A stretch of DNA of 54,066 nucleotides, taken from assembly GCA_011191985.1 (NCBI GenBank), contig DUEU01000071.1, positions 1,283 through 55,348 of the forward strand. Direction: 5' to 3'. The DNA comes from Dehalococcoidia bacterium (lineage in GTDB: Bacteria > Chloroflexota > Dehalococcoidia > Dehalococcoidales > W111). A program made the translations under genes and the position numbers. Below the pieces are notes generated by a model that did no database searches, was not told where the DNA came from, and was given only the letters and a program-made list of their open reading frames with translations. Positions 19,486 through 29,951 of the stretch are shown here, in pieces (within the stretch, counting starts at the first letter, position 1; each line of letters begins with the position of its first letter).

Positions 19486-20880
19486 ATGAGTAACAATAAA
19501 AACACACCTATTGAGGCGCTATCAGCCAATGTTCTGGAGACCCGCTTTGATAACTTTGACCAAGCGACGGTGGAGAACGCCCGGTACCGTATTATTGATG
19601 TGCTGGGATGCGGCATCGGCGGTGCCCCGGCTGTCGGCAACGCCGCACTGGTAGAGCTGGTCAAAGATTGGGGCGGTAAGAAAGAGGCCTCGATTATTGC
19701 CCTCGGTGGCAAGGTGCCCGCCCACAATGCGGCCATGGTGAATAGCATTATGGCCCGGTCTTTTGATTTTGAACCGGTGGGTGTTTTATATGGGGATAAA
19801 TTTATCCCCGCCCATATCAGCGGGACAACGGTCATGACTGCCGTTACCCTGGGAGAAATGACGAATATAGACGGCAAGGAACTGATTACCGCCTTGCTGG
19901 TCGGCGATGATGTTGCCTCACGGGTATTAGCGGCCACCGGCTTCCAGCTGAGCCGTGGCTGGGATAATACCGGCACGGTAAACGCCATCGGCGCTACCGC
20001 TATTGCCGGGCGTCTCCTGGGCTTGAACGAGCGGCAGATGAGGCACGCCTTTGGCATCGTCCTGAGTCAATTGGCCGGGAGCCTGCAAAATGTCTGGGAC
20101 GCCAGCACGGTCTTCAAGTTGCCCCAGGGGTTATCCGCCCGCAACGGGGTCTTTTCGGCGCAGCTGGCCAAGGCCGGCTGGACCGGGCCGGAAGATATGC
20201 TGCTCAGCCAGTATGGCTACTATTATCTCTATGCCGAAGGTTGCCAGGATCCAGAAATCATAACCAGGGATCTGGGTCGGAAATACTATTCTGATAGCTC
20301 TTTCAAGCCCTACCCTTCCTGCCGCGGTACCAATCCGCCCATTGAGTGCGCCCTAGCGATGGTCAATAAACATAATATAAAAGCTGACGACATCGCTGAA
20401 GTAATCCATTATGTACCCAAAGAGGAGTTAGAGCTATTTTGTGCACAACCTTTTAGAATTAGAGACTTTCCCCACGGCGATGCTGCCTTCAGCTACCAGT
20501 ATACCGTGGCCAATGCCCTGCTCCGGGGCAGTTCCAAGCCCGAGCATTTCACCGAGGCGGCGATACGTGATCCCCAGGTCAACGCCCTTATCAGCAGAGT
20601 AAGGTTTGAGGAACTACCCGGAGAGCGCATGCTAAGCGCGACCAAACTTGAGGTCAGAATGAAGGATGGACGGCAGTTCTCCGAATTCACCGATGCCCCC
20701 AAGGGTGACCCGGTCAGGAATCCTATGTCAGAAGAAGAAAAGAAGGATAAATTCAGGGCCAATGTTGAATTTTCCCAAACGGTAGACAAGGATAATGCCG
20801 AAAAGGCACTAAAGTTGCTGGAGAACTTAGAGGAAATTGATAATGTAAACAAAATAGTCGAGCTGCTGGTTATCCAGTAA
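19486..20880 (+). CDS. MmgE/PrpD family protein
   Basis: DVLGCGIGG, RGWDNTGT, FKPYPSCRGT, KGDPVRNPMS; AGGAGG RBS. Confidence 0.88.
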   Translation: MSNNKNTPIEALSANVLETRFDNFDQATVENARYRIIDVLGCGIGGAPAVGNAALVELVKDWGGKKEASIIALGGKVPAHNAAMVNSIMARSFDFEPVGVLYGDKFIPAHISGTTVMTAVTLGEMTNIDGKELITALLVGDDVASRVLAATGFQLSRGWDNTGTVNAIGATAIAGRLLGLNERQMRHAFGIVLSQLAGSLQNVWDASTVFKLPQGLSARNGVFSAQLAKAGWTGPEDMLLSQYGYYYLYAEGCQDPEIITRDLGRKYYSDSSFKPYPSCRGTNPPIECALAMVNKHNIKADDIAEVIHYVPKEELELFCAQPFRIRDFPHGDAAFSYQYTVANALLRGSSKPEHFTEAAIRDPQVNALISRVRFEELPGERMLSATKLEVRMKDGRQFSEFTDAPKGDPVRNPMSEEEKKDKFRANVEFSQTVDKDNAEKALKLLENLEEIDNVNKIVELLVIQ

Positions 20881-21467
20881 AGAGGGCAACGTAGGAATAA
20901 ATTGCCAGCTTGAAGAAGCCAGCACTCCCCACTTTCACTAAGATATACTTGAGCAACACTTGTGGTATTAACCTGGCTTCAATTGCTCTGGCACTTAAAG
21001 ATGCAGTAACAATGCCGACAATCAGCAAGATGATACCAGCAGCCATGATCAATAACACTTCTCTCATTCTTATTTGAACTCCGTTCTGCATGGGTCTAAC
21101 GTGAGTCAAGCATAGTGTAATATGATTTTCTATTTCAATATATAGAACATTCCTGAAGTAAAATCATAGAACCGAATGAAAACGGTGTGGAGATATTGAT
21201 TGAGCAATGGAGGATGGAGTACAATTAGGTACGTCCTCATAGCTCGTTAGGCTACCGTCCACCTGCTCCTGAGGTTAAAATACTGCAACTCTAACTTAAG
21301 ATGTGGTATCTATCCTTTATGGAGGCAGGTCAGCCCCAATGAGACAAGAAGCCATGGTGATAGTTTTCAGTATAACGAGTAGGAATTGAATCGACAAAAC
21401 ATAGCCAGATTTACGATATAAAATTTTGTATCTCAGAAAGCTAAATTAGAAAAGGGAGGATCGCAAC

Positions 21468-22625
21468 GTGAGCGGTAAGACTCTGACAGTGCTAGCAGTG
21501 GGGGATATTATCCTTGGGAAACCGGACGCTGAATCCTACTTTACGTTGGCAGCACCCGTGCTTAGGTCAGCCGACGTAGTAGTTGGACAACTAGAGATTC
21601 CGTTTACGAAGAGGGTTATCAATCCATACTACCTAGAGATACCAACGGAGATACCGGCCATACCAGGTTGTGACCCGAGTAATATGAGCGCTTTTCCTTT
21701 TGCTGGCTTTAATGTGCTTACTCTTGCTGGCAACCATATCTGGGATGCGGGCGTGCCGGGGATAGAGGACAGTATTGACGGCCTTCGGAAATACGACATT
21801 GCGTTCGTAGGGGCCGGAATGAATATTGATGAGGCCAGGAACCATGTCGTGATTGAGCGTGATGGAACTCGCTTCGGTTTCTTGGATTATAATTGTGTTG
21901 GGCCGAAACTGACATGGGCCACGCCGGATAAACCGGGTTGTGCCTATGTGCATATCATTACCCATTACGAATTGGACCATCCCACTCCGGGAAGCAATCT
22001 CGCAATGGTCTATACCTTCGCCGAGCCAGTTAGCCTAGGGGCAATGGTAGAAGATATCAACAAGCTAAGGCCGCTCTGTGACATACTGGTGGTTGCTTTT
22101 CACAAAGGTGTCGGCTTTAAGCCAGTCGAAATAGCTTGGTATGAGAAACAAATATCGTATGCTGCTATAGATGCCGGGGCTGACCTGATTTTAGGGCATC
22201 ATGCCCACATACTCAAAGGAATCGAGCAGTACAAAGGGAAGATAATATTCCATGGGCTAGGCAATTTCGTGGTGGCTATGCCTCCCGTACATGAAGAACC
22301 GGTAACCTGGGCTTTTCAGCAATGGGAGGAGAGGATGAAGGATATCTTTCATGGCTTAAATGAGCCTGATACTGGGTATACCGATTATCCCTGGCAAGCA
22401 GAGACCGCGCAGACCATCATTGCCAAGTGCGAGGTAGATGGTGGGCAAATCTCCCGGGCAAGTTACCTCCCCTGTCTAATCAATAAACAAGGCCAGCCGG
22501 AGATGCTTAAGAATGACGAAAGAGGGCAGCGGGTGTTTGATTACATGGATAGAATAACGAGAGAAGCTGGCCTGAATGCCCGGTATGAGTGGGAGGGAGA
22601 TGAAGTAGTTGTCCATTCGGAGTAA
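21468..22625 (+). CDS. CapA family metallophosphoesterase-fold protein
   Basis: AVGDI, LAGNHIWDAG, HKG, GADLILGHHAH, HGLGNF; no signal peptide. Confidence 0.85.
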   Translation: MSGKTLTVLAVGDIILGKPDAESYFTLAAPVLRSADVVVGQLEIPFTKRVINPYYLEIPTEIPAIPGCDPSNMSAFPFAGFNVLTLAGNHIWDAGVPGIEDSIDGLRKYDIAFVGAGMNIDEARNHVVIERDGTRFGFLDYNCVGPKLTWATPDKPGCAYVHIITHYELDHPTPGSNLAMVYTFAEPVSLGAMVEDINKLRPLCDILVVAFHKGVGFKPVEIAWYEKQISYAAIDAGADLILGHHAHILKGIEQYKGKIIFHGLGNFVVAMPPVHEEPVTWAFQQWEERMKDIFHGLNEPDTGYTDYPWQAETAQTIIAKCEVDGGQISRASYLPCLINKQGQPEMLKNDERGQRVFDYMDRITREAGLNARYEWEGDEVVVHSE

Positions 22626-22715
22626 GTATCAGTTTCCTTTGCCCATGAATAGAGGTGTAATTTTCCGGGTACGCAACGTATCAATTCGCTTAAAAAGGAG
22701 AATATTAATCGATAA

Positions 22716-23921
22716 ATGGACTTTGAATTAACAGAAGAACAAAAGGCTCTTGTAGCAATGGCCAAGGATTTCTGTAAACGAGAGACTAGCCCGGAGCTGT
22801 TGCGTGAATATTCCGCAAAAGAGGACCCGAGGGACCGTGTACCATGGAGTGTGTTGAAAAAAATGCATGATGTGGGGTTGCTAACGGTTACCGTTCCAGA
22901 AAGATACGGGGGCAGGGACGCCGATTTACTTACTCTGGTGTTGCTGGCCCAGGCATTAGCGCAAAATACGGGCCCCGGGATTGCCGGTCTGCTTGCCCCA
23001 AATTTGCTCACCTTTAACTGGAAAATGTGCGGAGACCTGGGTGCCGTCGGCACTGAAGAACAACAAGACGAGTTCTTTAAACGGATAACCAGTGACTATA
23101 CCTTCTCTATGGGCGAAATAGCCACCGAGCCTGACCACGGGCTTGACCCGATATTACCACATGATGAGCCTGGTTCCGGTCTGGCGACTTATGCCTATAG
23201 GGATGGGGACGAATACGTCGTAAACGGCGAGAAGTGTTTCTGTGGAAATGGGACGGCTAGTCTGCTGTGGGTCATTCTTCGAACGGATAAGACAAAACCG
23301 GTATCCCAATCTACGAGTATATTACTGGTGCCTACGGACACGCCGGGATTCTCCATTCAGAAGGTTAACGAGTTTATTAGTACGGCCCTCGGAATTAATG
23401 CCGACCTTCATTTTGACAACATGAGGGTTCCCGCGCGTTATTTGGTAGGTGAGGAAAACAAAGGTTTCGCTATATTCGAGGGCCGCCGGGCATTCTGGCT
23501 GCCTATTCATGGTTTTGAACTTGGCATGGCTCAGGCAATTTATGAGTATACCAAGGAGTATGCTAAAACAAGAATCCAGGGTGGCAAACCTATTTTCGAA
23601 CACCTGACCGTCGGCAGCAGAATAGTGGATATGCTCCTTCACATAGAGCAGGCCAGGTATCTCGTGTACAAGACCGCCTGGGAGTATGACCAGGCGGTCA
23701 AGGCTGGCAGCAAACTGGTTAGTTCGTTGGGGTTCAATTTATGCAATACTACTTTGCGTGAACTCGGCGTGTTGATTGCTGGGCATGCCGCCGAAGTCTT
23801 CGGGGGACGGGCGGCACTGAAAGAGCTACCCATCGAAGGATATATCCGTTCGGTTTATGGCGGCCTTCATGCCTTTGGGACAGCCACCTTCAATCGCATC
23901 AAGTCAATGAACATGATATAG
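22716..23921 (+). CDS. acyl-CoA dehydrogenase family protein
   Basis: MDFELTEEQ, TEPDHG, YVVNGEKCF, RIQGGKPI, EVFGG. Confidence 0.9.
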   Translation: MDFELTEEQKALVAMAKDFCKRETSPELLREYSAKEDPRDRVPWSVLKKMHDVGLLTVTVPERYGGRDADLLTLVLLAQALAQNTGPGIAGLLAPNLLTFNWKMCGDLGAVGTEEQQDEFFKRITSDYTFSMGEIATEPDHGLDPILPHDEPGSGLATYAYRDGDEYVVNGEKCFCGNGTASLLWVILRTDKTKPVSQSTSILLVPTDTPGFSIQKVNEFISTALGINADLHFDNMRVPARYLVGEENKGFAIFEGRRAFWLPIHGFELGMAQAIYEYTKEYAKTRIQGGKPIFEHLTVGSRIVDMLLHIEQARYLVYKTAWEYDQAVKAGSKLVSSLGFNLCNTTLRELGVLIAGHAAEVFGGRAALKELPIEGYIRSVYGGLHAFGTATFNRIKSMNMI

Positions 23922-24023
23922 ATTATAGGTATGTCAATACAAGTACTGTGTTTTAAGAGCTGGATAATTCTCCGGCCTGCCTGAAGAATCTACAATTCCA
24001 CTGTTGTCTTGACAAGGGTAACT

Positions 24024-25160
24024 TTATCGTTCTTCTATAGACTCGATAAAAGCTTCGATTCGGGTGCTGAGCTGACCGTGTTCCGCATCGTCGTATTCTG
24101 ACACTATCTTGATGAAAGGGATGTCTTTACTTTGTGCCATACGCCCGAAGTGGATACCGCCGATATCATAGGAGTCACGGTACAATGTTGAATACCAGAT
24201 TATCCCATCAACACTGAATTCCTTGACCAGTTTTAACAGGAAAGCAGCCCTATCTTCAGTGGCCGGCCGGAAAAAAGCCGGAGGCGGAATCCTTCTCCTG
24301 AAGTAACCATCGGCTAACGCTTCTATTAAATCACCACCGTCTTCTACTTCTTGCCAGTATGGCTTCATCCCTTCCGAGAACTCCTCGATGACAACATCGG
24401 CCCCGGCCGACTCTAAAAGATCATAAACCTTGTAGTCCCCCTCAGCTATAGAGGAGCCAACCAGCAGTATTCTGGGACCTTTCTTACCTTCCTTCCGTTT
24501 CAGTTCTTGAGATAGGGACTCCAGGCTCTTTATCATGAAATCTCTATCAGTGTGAAAGGAAGCATGGTGCAGTTTTATATAATCCTTCCCGCTTATTGGC
24601 GGCCGCTCGGATTTTCGCATCTCACTTATCTGTCGCAGGAGGAACCGCATCCGGTTGGCTAAATCGACTTCCTTCCTTAACTTATCCTCGGCAATGGAGT
24701 TACCGGTCAGCTTTTCCACCTCCCCTTTAAGCGAATGTAGACCCTCGAGATAATACTTAAAGGCATGGTCCCTTTTGTTATGCGGGATACCGAGCTTTAC
24801 GACCTTTGTCTCGGTCCACATTTCCCAGCAGTCGGCGATGGATGATATATTTTTATCGGTGCAGGGGACAACAAACAGGTCAACCATTCGATATAGAGGC
24901 TCTTCTAATGCCCAATAACCTATCTGAGCTCTAGAGTAAGCATCAAGGAATCTGGGAATATATTCCGTCGACTTGAGCACTGCCTCGTGGTCTCCGCCTC
25001 GATTGAGCCCTACCGGTATTGCCCCACCAGCCCATACCAGTTCCTCAGGCATAAATCCCCCGGTGATATAGCCCACAACTTTCTTGCCATCTTCCTTCAA
25101 CCTCTTCAGTTCTGACACTCTTTCTTCCAGGTAGGTTGATAAGTCCTTCGTTGTGTTCAT
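24024..25160 (-). CDS. 2-hydroxyacyl-CoA dehydratase subunit (HgdA/HgdB family)
   Basis: GKKVVGY..PEELVWAGG, PCTD, RILLVGS, DGII, TRIEAFIE. Confidence 0.85.
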   Translation of the reverse strand: MNTTKDLSTYLEERVSELKRLKEDGKKVVGYITGGFMPEELVWAGGAIPVGLNRGGDHEAVLKSTEYIPRFLDAYSRAQIGYWALEEPLYRMVDLFVVPCTDKNISSIADCWEMWTETKVVKLGIPHNKRDHAFKYYLEGLHSLKGEVEKLTGNSIAEDKLRKEVDLANRMRFLLRQISEMRKSERPPISGKDYIKLHHASFHTDRDFMIKSLESLSQELKRKEGKKGPRILLVGSSIAEGDYKVYDLLESAGADVVIEEFSEGMKPYWQEVEDGGDLIEALADGYFRRRIPPPAFFRPATEDRAAFLLKLVKEFSVDGIIWYSTLYRDSYDIGGIHFGRMAQSKDIPFIKIVSEYDDAEHGQLSTRIEAFIESIEER

Positions 25161-25190
25161 TACTCCCTCTTTAATCTTTAATAATTATTG

Positions 25191-25964
25191 TCAGCCAAGC
25201 TCAGCATCGGCAAGAAGGGCAGCTCCCAGGGCCCCGGTAATCTGTGGCTCTTCCGGAATAACGACCTCCATCTTGATCTCGTCTTCCAGAAACTTTTTAA
25301 CCCCAATATTTTTGGCCACCCCTCCGGTAAGAACCACCTCTCTTTCATAGCCTACTGCCTTTCCCATGGTTACAATTCTAGAAACCGCCGCTTTGTGGAT
25401 CCCGCCAATTAAATCTTCCCGTCGTTTTCCCTGGGCGCGAAGGGAAACCATCTCTGACTCGGCAAAAACAGTGCAGGTGCTGCTTATCTGGCAAGGCTGG
25501 CTGCTTTTAAGAGCTACTGCCCCCATCTCATTTATGTCAAGTCCCAAAACCTTAGCCATGACTTCAAAGAATCTGCCTGTCCCGGCGGCACACTTATCGT
25601 TCATGGTGAAATTGACGACGTTGCCCTTTTCATTGACCCGGATCACTTTGCTGTCCTGACCGCCGATATCAATTATTGTTCTTACCGCCGGCAGTTGAAA
25701 ATGCGCCCCTTTAGCATGACAGCGTATCTCGGTTACCGCTTTATTAGCAAAGGGGACCGCACTTCGGGCATAACCTGTGGAGACGATAAACCCGATTTCA
25801 TTCATCGAACAGTTGGCTTTTTCCAATGCCAGCTTGATTACTTCATTGGCGGCGTTAACAACGTCGAATCCGGTAGGACTGATGGCGTAAGAGAGAACCT
25901 CGCGGTCGTTTAAAATGACTGCCTTAGCCGTAGCCGCCCCAACATCAATACCTGCAACTAACAA
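25191..25964 (-). CDS. CoA-substrate-specific enzyme activase (HgdC/HadI ATPase)
   Basis: GIDVG, STGYAR, EIRCH, DIGGQD, MNDKCAAGTG, CTVFAESE, GGVAKN. Confidence 0.95.
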   Translation of the reverse strand: MLVAGIDVGAATAKAVILNDREVLSYAISPTGFDVVNAANEVIKLALEKANCSMNEIGFIVSTGYARSAVPFANKAVTEIRCHAKGAHFQLPAVRTIIDIGGQDSKVIRVNEKGNVVNFTMNDKCAAGTGRFFEVMAKVLGLDINEMGAVALKSSQPCQISSTCTVFAESEMVSLRAQGKRREDLIGGIHKAAVSRIVTMGKAVGYEREVVLTGGVAKNIGVKKFLEDEIKMEVVIPEEPQITGALGAALLADAELG

Positions 25965-25977
25965 CTTTATCAGTCTC

Positions 25978-27363
25978 TCACTTCGTTTTCGCAGCCTTGG
26001 CGGCTTTTAACATTTCGGCAAATGCCTCTACTCTGTTCCTCATTGCCTCAGCGCTATAATCCCGGGTATCGATGTGGTCACACTCTAACAGTAAAACCGG
26101 AACTCCCAACTCTTTCATTATAATATCCCTGGATTTGACCGGCGCAACGCACAAATCTCGGCACCCGATAGGATAGTTCAAGATCGCCCCATCTACACCC
26201 CATTCTTTACATATCTGTTTAAAGCGTCTGGCAAATTTTATACCACAAAAGCGCAGTGTCGCTTCGGCACTGCGTTCCCAATAATCTTCGTACTCACTCG
26301 GAATACGTTCCAGTTCTGTAATTGTAGTCATATCTACAATTACCGCTAATCCTGCCTCATCTATTACCCTCGCCCCGGTCGGCTCAGTCCAGGGTAAACC
26401 CATGGCTATCCTCGGTGCCCCCTTCGGGAGTACCCCTTCACCTCGGTCCACTCTTTCCTTCAACTCTCTATATAATAAATCAACCAGTCCCCCGGTATCT
26501 GTTGATACGGTCGTGGTGTTAGCCACTCTTGTGGCTAACCGGAACGCTATACCCATGTCAACAAAGCTTATTGGTGACGGATCAGCGCTTCTAATAAGAT
26601 CGAGTACCCGATTGCCGCGTGTGAGAAGGTCGGCCGACCGTTCGTTGGCCCTTTGGGACACCTCCTCGGTCACCTTATAGCCGGTAACCTCTTCAAATAT
26701 CGCCAGGGCATCCCGCGCCTCTTGGGCAATGTATTCTATCCTTTTATCGCTTACCCGCGGCCATCTTTCTTCCAGCTCATCATTAACACCATCTACATAG
26801 GCTACTGGAATGCCATATCTCTTACTGACCAACTCATCTAATTTAGGTGTCTCGTCACACACAAAACCGCTCGAGACCAGAAGATCCGGGACCGGGATTA
26901 CTCCCTTAATAATTCCGCCCAGCCTGACTTGGAGGCCGGAACAATAAGCCAGACCGGCGGGCAATAAGTCTCCCTCAGCTGCTTCTAAGACGGGGTTTAG
27001 CTTGTCGAATATCCCGCCCAGGGTTTGGGAAACCGTTACCTCTGGAGAAGTAACAAAGATTTCTTTAGAAACCATTACCATCGCGTTGGCCAGTTGAGGA
27101 AAAGGTGGAGCCGCACAATAGATTATCTTCTCCCTTTCTTCCCTGGCGAGGACAAGGTCAATAAGGCTTTTTAGCCACAGCCCCATCATTTTCCTGATGC
27201 TGGTTAATTCTATATCAAAATACTGGCTAACTCTCTTCACACCCCTGTCTATATCCTTAGGGGTGAGTTCTAGCTTCTCAAGCGCCTTTTCTATCCTCGT
27301 CCTCTCATTCTCAATCTCCTCAGGTTCATAGCCGCATAACCTCAACAACTCGTCATAATACAT
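25978..27363 (-). CDS. 2-hydroxyacyl-CoA dehydratase subunit (HgdA/HgdB family)
   Basis: YCS, VCD, GCR Cys ligands; LECDHIDTRDYS..RNRVEAFAE C-terminus; adjacent to activase. Confidence 0.85.
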   Translation of the reverse strand: MYYDELLRLCGYEPEEIENERTRIEKALEKLELTPKDIDRGVKRVSQYFDIELTSIRKMMGLWLKSLIDLVLAREEREKIIYCAAPPFPQLANAMVMVSKEIFVTSPEVTVSQTLGGIFDKLNPVLEAAEGDLLPAGLAYCSGLQVRLGGIIKGVIPVPDLLVSSGFVCDETPKLDELVSKRYGIPVAYVDGVNDELEERWPRVSDKRIEYIAQEARDALAIFEEVTGYKVTEEVSQRANERSADLLTRGNRVLDLIRSADPSPISFVDMGIAFRLATRVANTTTVSTDTGGLVDLLYRELKERVDRGEGVLPKGAPRIAMGLPWTEPTGARVIDEAGLAVIVDMTTITELERIPSEYEDYWERSAEATLRFCGIKFARRFKQICKEWGVDGAILNYPIGCRDLCVAPVKSRDIIMKELGVPVLLLECDHIDTRDYSAEAMRNRVEAFAEMLKAAKAAKTK

Positions 27364-27573
27364 TTTCCCCTCTTTTATAAAACTGATAAGAGCTTGATTG
27401 CGGTCGAAAATCCGCTATTTTCAGCCTTCTAAAAATCCCACTAAATATATTTATAGCAATTTTGTTAGCACCCTGTCAAAGGATAAGGCCAGCAGGTTCC
27501 GCTAAATAGTCAGGGCATATTTTATTGGCAATAGTGCCAATGAGAGCCGAGCGCAAGCGGGCTTCAGGCATGT

Positions 27574-27603
27574 TTGACAACCAGTTGCCAGGGCACGTAT
27601 ACT
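27574..27603 (+). promoter_or_regulatory. sigma70-type promoter of Fe-ADH gene
   Basis: TTGACA-N18-TATACT. Confidence 0.6.
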
Positions 27604-27682
27604 GCCGTTAACAAGGGCTGAGGGATACCTCATCGTAAGTTGCGATGGAAAATCCTGGCCATTATCAGCTGAGGAGGCAAAA

Positions 27683-28894
27683 GTGATAAATAAACAGGTG
27701 TTTCAGTTTCCTATAATATATACCATGCCAATGAATAAGATTGCCATTGGCTGGGGGGTACATGAAACGGTAGCCGACGAATGTAAGCAGGCCGGAATTA
27801 AAAAGGCGCTGATCGTGACTACCGGTCTGAAGGGGACCGGAATCGTCGACGAGATTAAGCAAATTCTAACCGGCAACGGCATCGCCACCGCAATCTACGA
27901 CAAGATAACATCCAACAACAAAGACTATGAAGTGATGGCAGCCTACGAAGTCTTCAAGAACGCTGAATGCGACGGAGTAGTCTCGGTTGGCGGCGGTAGT
28001 TCCCACGATTGTGGAAAATGCGTCCGAATGCTGGCGGCCAACGAAGGAAAACAACTCACCGACTTTATCTTGCGTAAGGGCGTACCCTGGATGGAGGAAG
28101 CCAGAAAGCACAAGCCGGCTACTATACCACAAATCACTGTTAATACCACTGCTGGTACATCAGCAGAGTCCACATGCGCGGCCATGTTCACAGATACAAA
28201 AAGCCGTACCAAGCCGGGGATGATTCTGCCTTACCTGGCACCCACTACCACCCTTGTCGACCCCCTGCTGGTCCGGATGATGCCGCAGAACATTGCCGCC
28301 TGGACGGGATTCGATGCTTTCGCCCATGCATTCGAAGGATACTTATCCCGAATCCGCTCCCGATACACCGCCGCAATGGCTATAGCAATAATAAAACTGA
28401 TCGCCGGAAACCTCAGAGAGTTTACCCACAACCGTATGAACCACGTGGCCTGTGAAAATATGTGCTGGGCATCGAACATGGCCGTTGTTCTATTGCACTT
28501 CGGTGGGGCAGTCGGCATTCCACACGGTATCGGACTGCAACTCTCGGCGTTAACCGACTGCCATCATGGCCGTGCCAACGCCATTTTAACGCTACCACTG
28601 GAAAGGGCTAACGAAGCTTCCTGCCCGGACGAATTTGCCGAGATGGCAAGGGCAATGGGCGTTGATACCAGAGGCATGACCAAGATGCAAGCTGCCGATA
28701 AATGGTTCGATGAAGTCGAAAGATTACTGAAAGATTTGAATATCGAATCGGGGAACCTGAACAAGCAACTAGACATACAGAGAGATGAGCTGGAAAATAT
28801 GGCAAGTGTATATTCCAATGATTTTGTTCAAGAAGGAAATCCGAGAGACGTCGGTTATGACGAGTGTCTTAAACTATTAGAGGGCATGCTATAG
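27683..28894 (+). CDS. iron-containing alcohol dehydrogenase
   Basis: GGGSSHD, NTTAGT, DAFAHAFE, PHG..HHG metal ligands; GAGGAGG RBS. Confidence 0.92.
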   Translation: MINKQVFQFPIIYTMPMNKIAIGWGVHETVADECKQAGIKKALIVTTGLKGTGIVDEIKQILTGNGIATAIYDKITSNNKDYEVMAAYEVFKNAECDGVVSVGGGSSHDCGKCVRMLAANEGKQLTDFILRKGVPWMEEARKHKPATIPQITVNTTAGTSAESTCAAMFTDTKSRTKPGMILPYLAPTTTLVDPLLVRMMPQNIAAWTGFDAFAHAFEGYLSRIRSRYTAAMAIAIIKLIAGNLREFTHNRMNHVACENMCWASNMAVVLLHFGGAVGIPHGIGLQLSALTDCHHGRANAILTLPLERANEASCPDEFAEMARAMGVDTRGMTKMQAADKWFDEVERLLKDLNIESGNLNKQLDIQRDELENMASVYSNDFVQEGNPRDVGYDECLKLLEGML

Positions 28895-29075
28895 AGGCTG
28901 CTTGAAGCGAGGGTTAGCAACCGAATTTGGCAGTATCGTTGGCCTTTGGCGCATTTAACTGTGCTCGCAAAGGTGAAGAGCACTGGCAACGTATGATCGA
29001 CTCCGGCAGGAAAGCCTATAATCCTCTTCGGTAACAGAATAAGCAACCGTTATCACTTTGTGATATTACACAAGG

Positions 29076-29231
29076 CTATTTGTCATGTGATATCTGGCTT
29101 GCTACTGATTTTTGCAGCATTTCAATTTGCCGCTGCAGTCTTTTCTGTTTCCGCTGCATATACAAAACGTAGCCAAAGATAACAGCCCAGACAACAGAAT
29201 ACGCGGCAAATAGATACCCTAAATATTCCAT
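29076..29231 (-). CDS. ccmD: heme exporter protein CcmD
   Basis: 51 aa, YLFAAYSVVW TM helix plus basic tail; ATG 29231 follows GGAGG; directly after ccmC. Confidence 0.8.
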   Translation of the reverse strand: MEYLGYLFAAYSVVWAVIFGYVLYMQRKQKRLQRQIEMLQKSVASQISHDK

Positions 29232-29245
29232 AAGCAGCCCACCTC

Positions 29246-29926
29246 CTAACCTGTTCGCCTTATTTTTAAACGTTTGATACTTGTCTCCAAAGATTTCAGG
29301 CCAGCACCCTGAGCGGTCAAGAGCACATACAATACGGTGAAAGCGGCAATACAAACCACCAATGTCATGAGCATTGGCGCTGTGATGCCGTCAGTAAAGA
29401 TGATGGTAGTCGGATGCTGGGTCCGCCAGACGTTTACCGTCAGAAAAACGATGGGGACATCGATGAAGCCCACGATACCCACCACGGCTCCGAACCTGGC
29501 ACCGCGGGCCGGCTCGGTGGCATACCCGCGCACCAGAAGATAGGCAATATATGTCAGCCAGAGCACCAAGGACGTCGTCAGGCGGGCATCCCACGTCCAC
29601 CAGATTCCCCAGGCCGTTTTCGCCCAGATAGGGCCGGTAATCAAGACCAGGGTGGTAAAGACAACGCCAACTTCTGCCGAAGCGTGGGCAATATAATCCC
29701 ACTTCAACAGCCGTTTACGGAGATAACAGATACTGAAGACAAAGGTGACCAGAAATGCCAGAAAGCTGACCCAGGCCAGGGAAACATGAAAATAGAATAT
29801 ACGCTGCACGATCCCCATAGATTTCTCGGTTGGCACATACATGAAGACCATATAGAGGGCGGCTATCATCAGCGCCAGTCCCAGCCCGAACAACAGGTTA
29901 TTTATAAGATTACGCCTTCCGTTCAT
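29246..29926 (-). CDS. ccmC: heme exporter protein CcmC
   Basis: QRIFYFHV, WGIWWTWDARLT WWD domain, RTQHP; start moved to ATG 29926. Confidence 0.93.
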   Translation of the reverse strand: MNGRRNLINNLLFGLGLALMIAALYMVFMYVPTEKSMGIVQRIFYFHVSLAWVSFLAFLVTFVFSICYLRKRLLKWDYIAHASAEVGVVFTTLVLITGPIWAKTAWGIWWTWDARLTTSLVLWLTYIAYLLVRGYATEPARGARFGAVVGIVGFIDVPIVFLTVNVWRTQHPTTIIFTDGITAPMLMTLVVCIAAFTVLYVLLTAQGAGLKSLETSIKRLKIRRTG

Positions 29927-29951
29927 AAGGGGCTCTTCTTCTTGGTGATTT

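Noticed and set aside
20870-21109. Small hydrophobic minus-strand ORF
   Set aside because: No clear RBS or family motif and it overlaps the PrpD-like stop; cannot be supported as a real gene.
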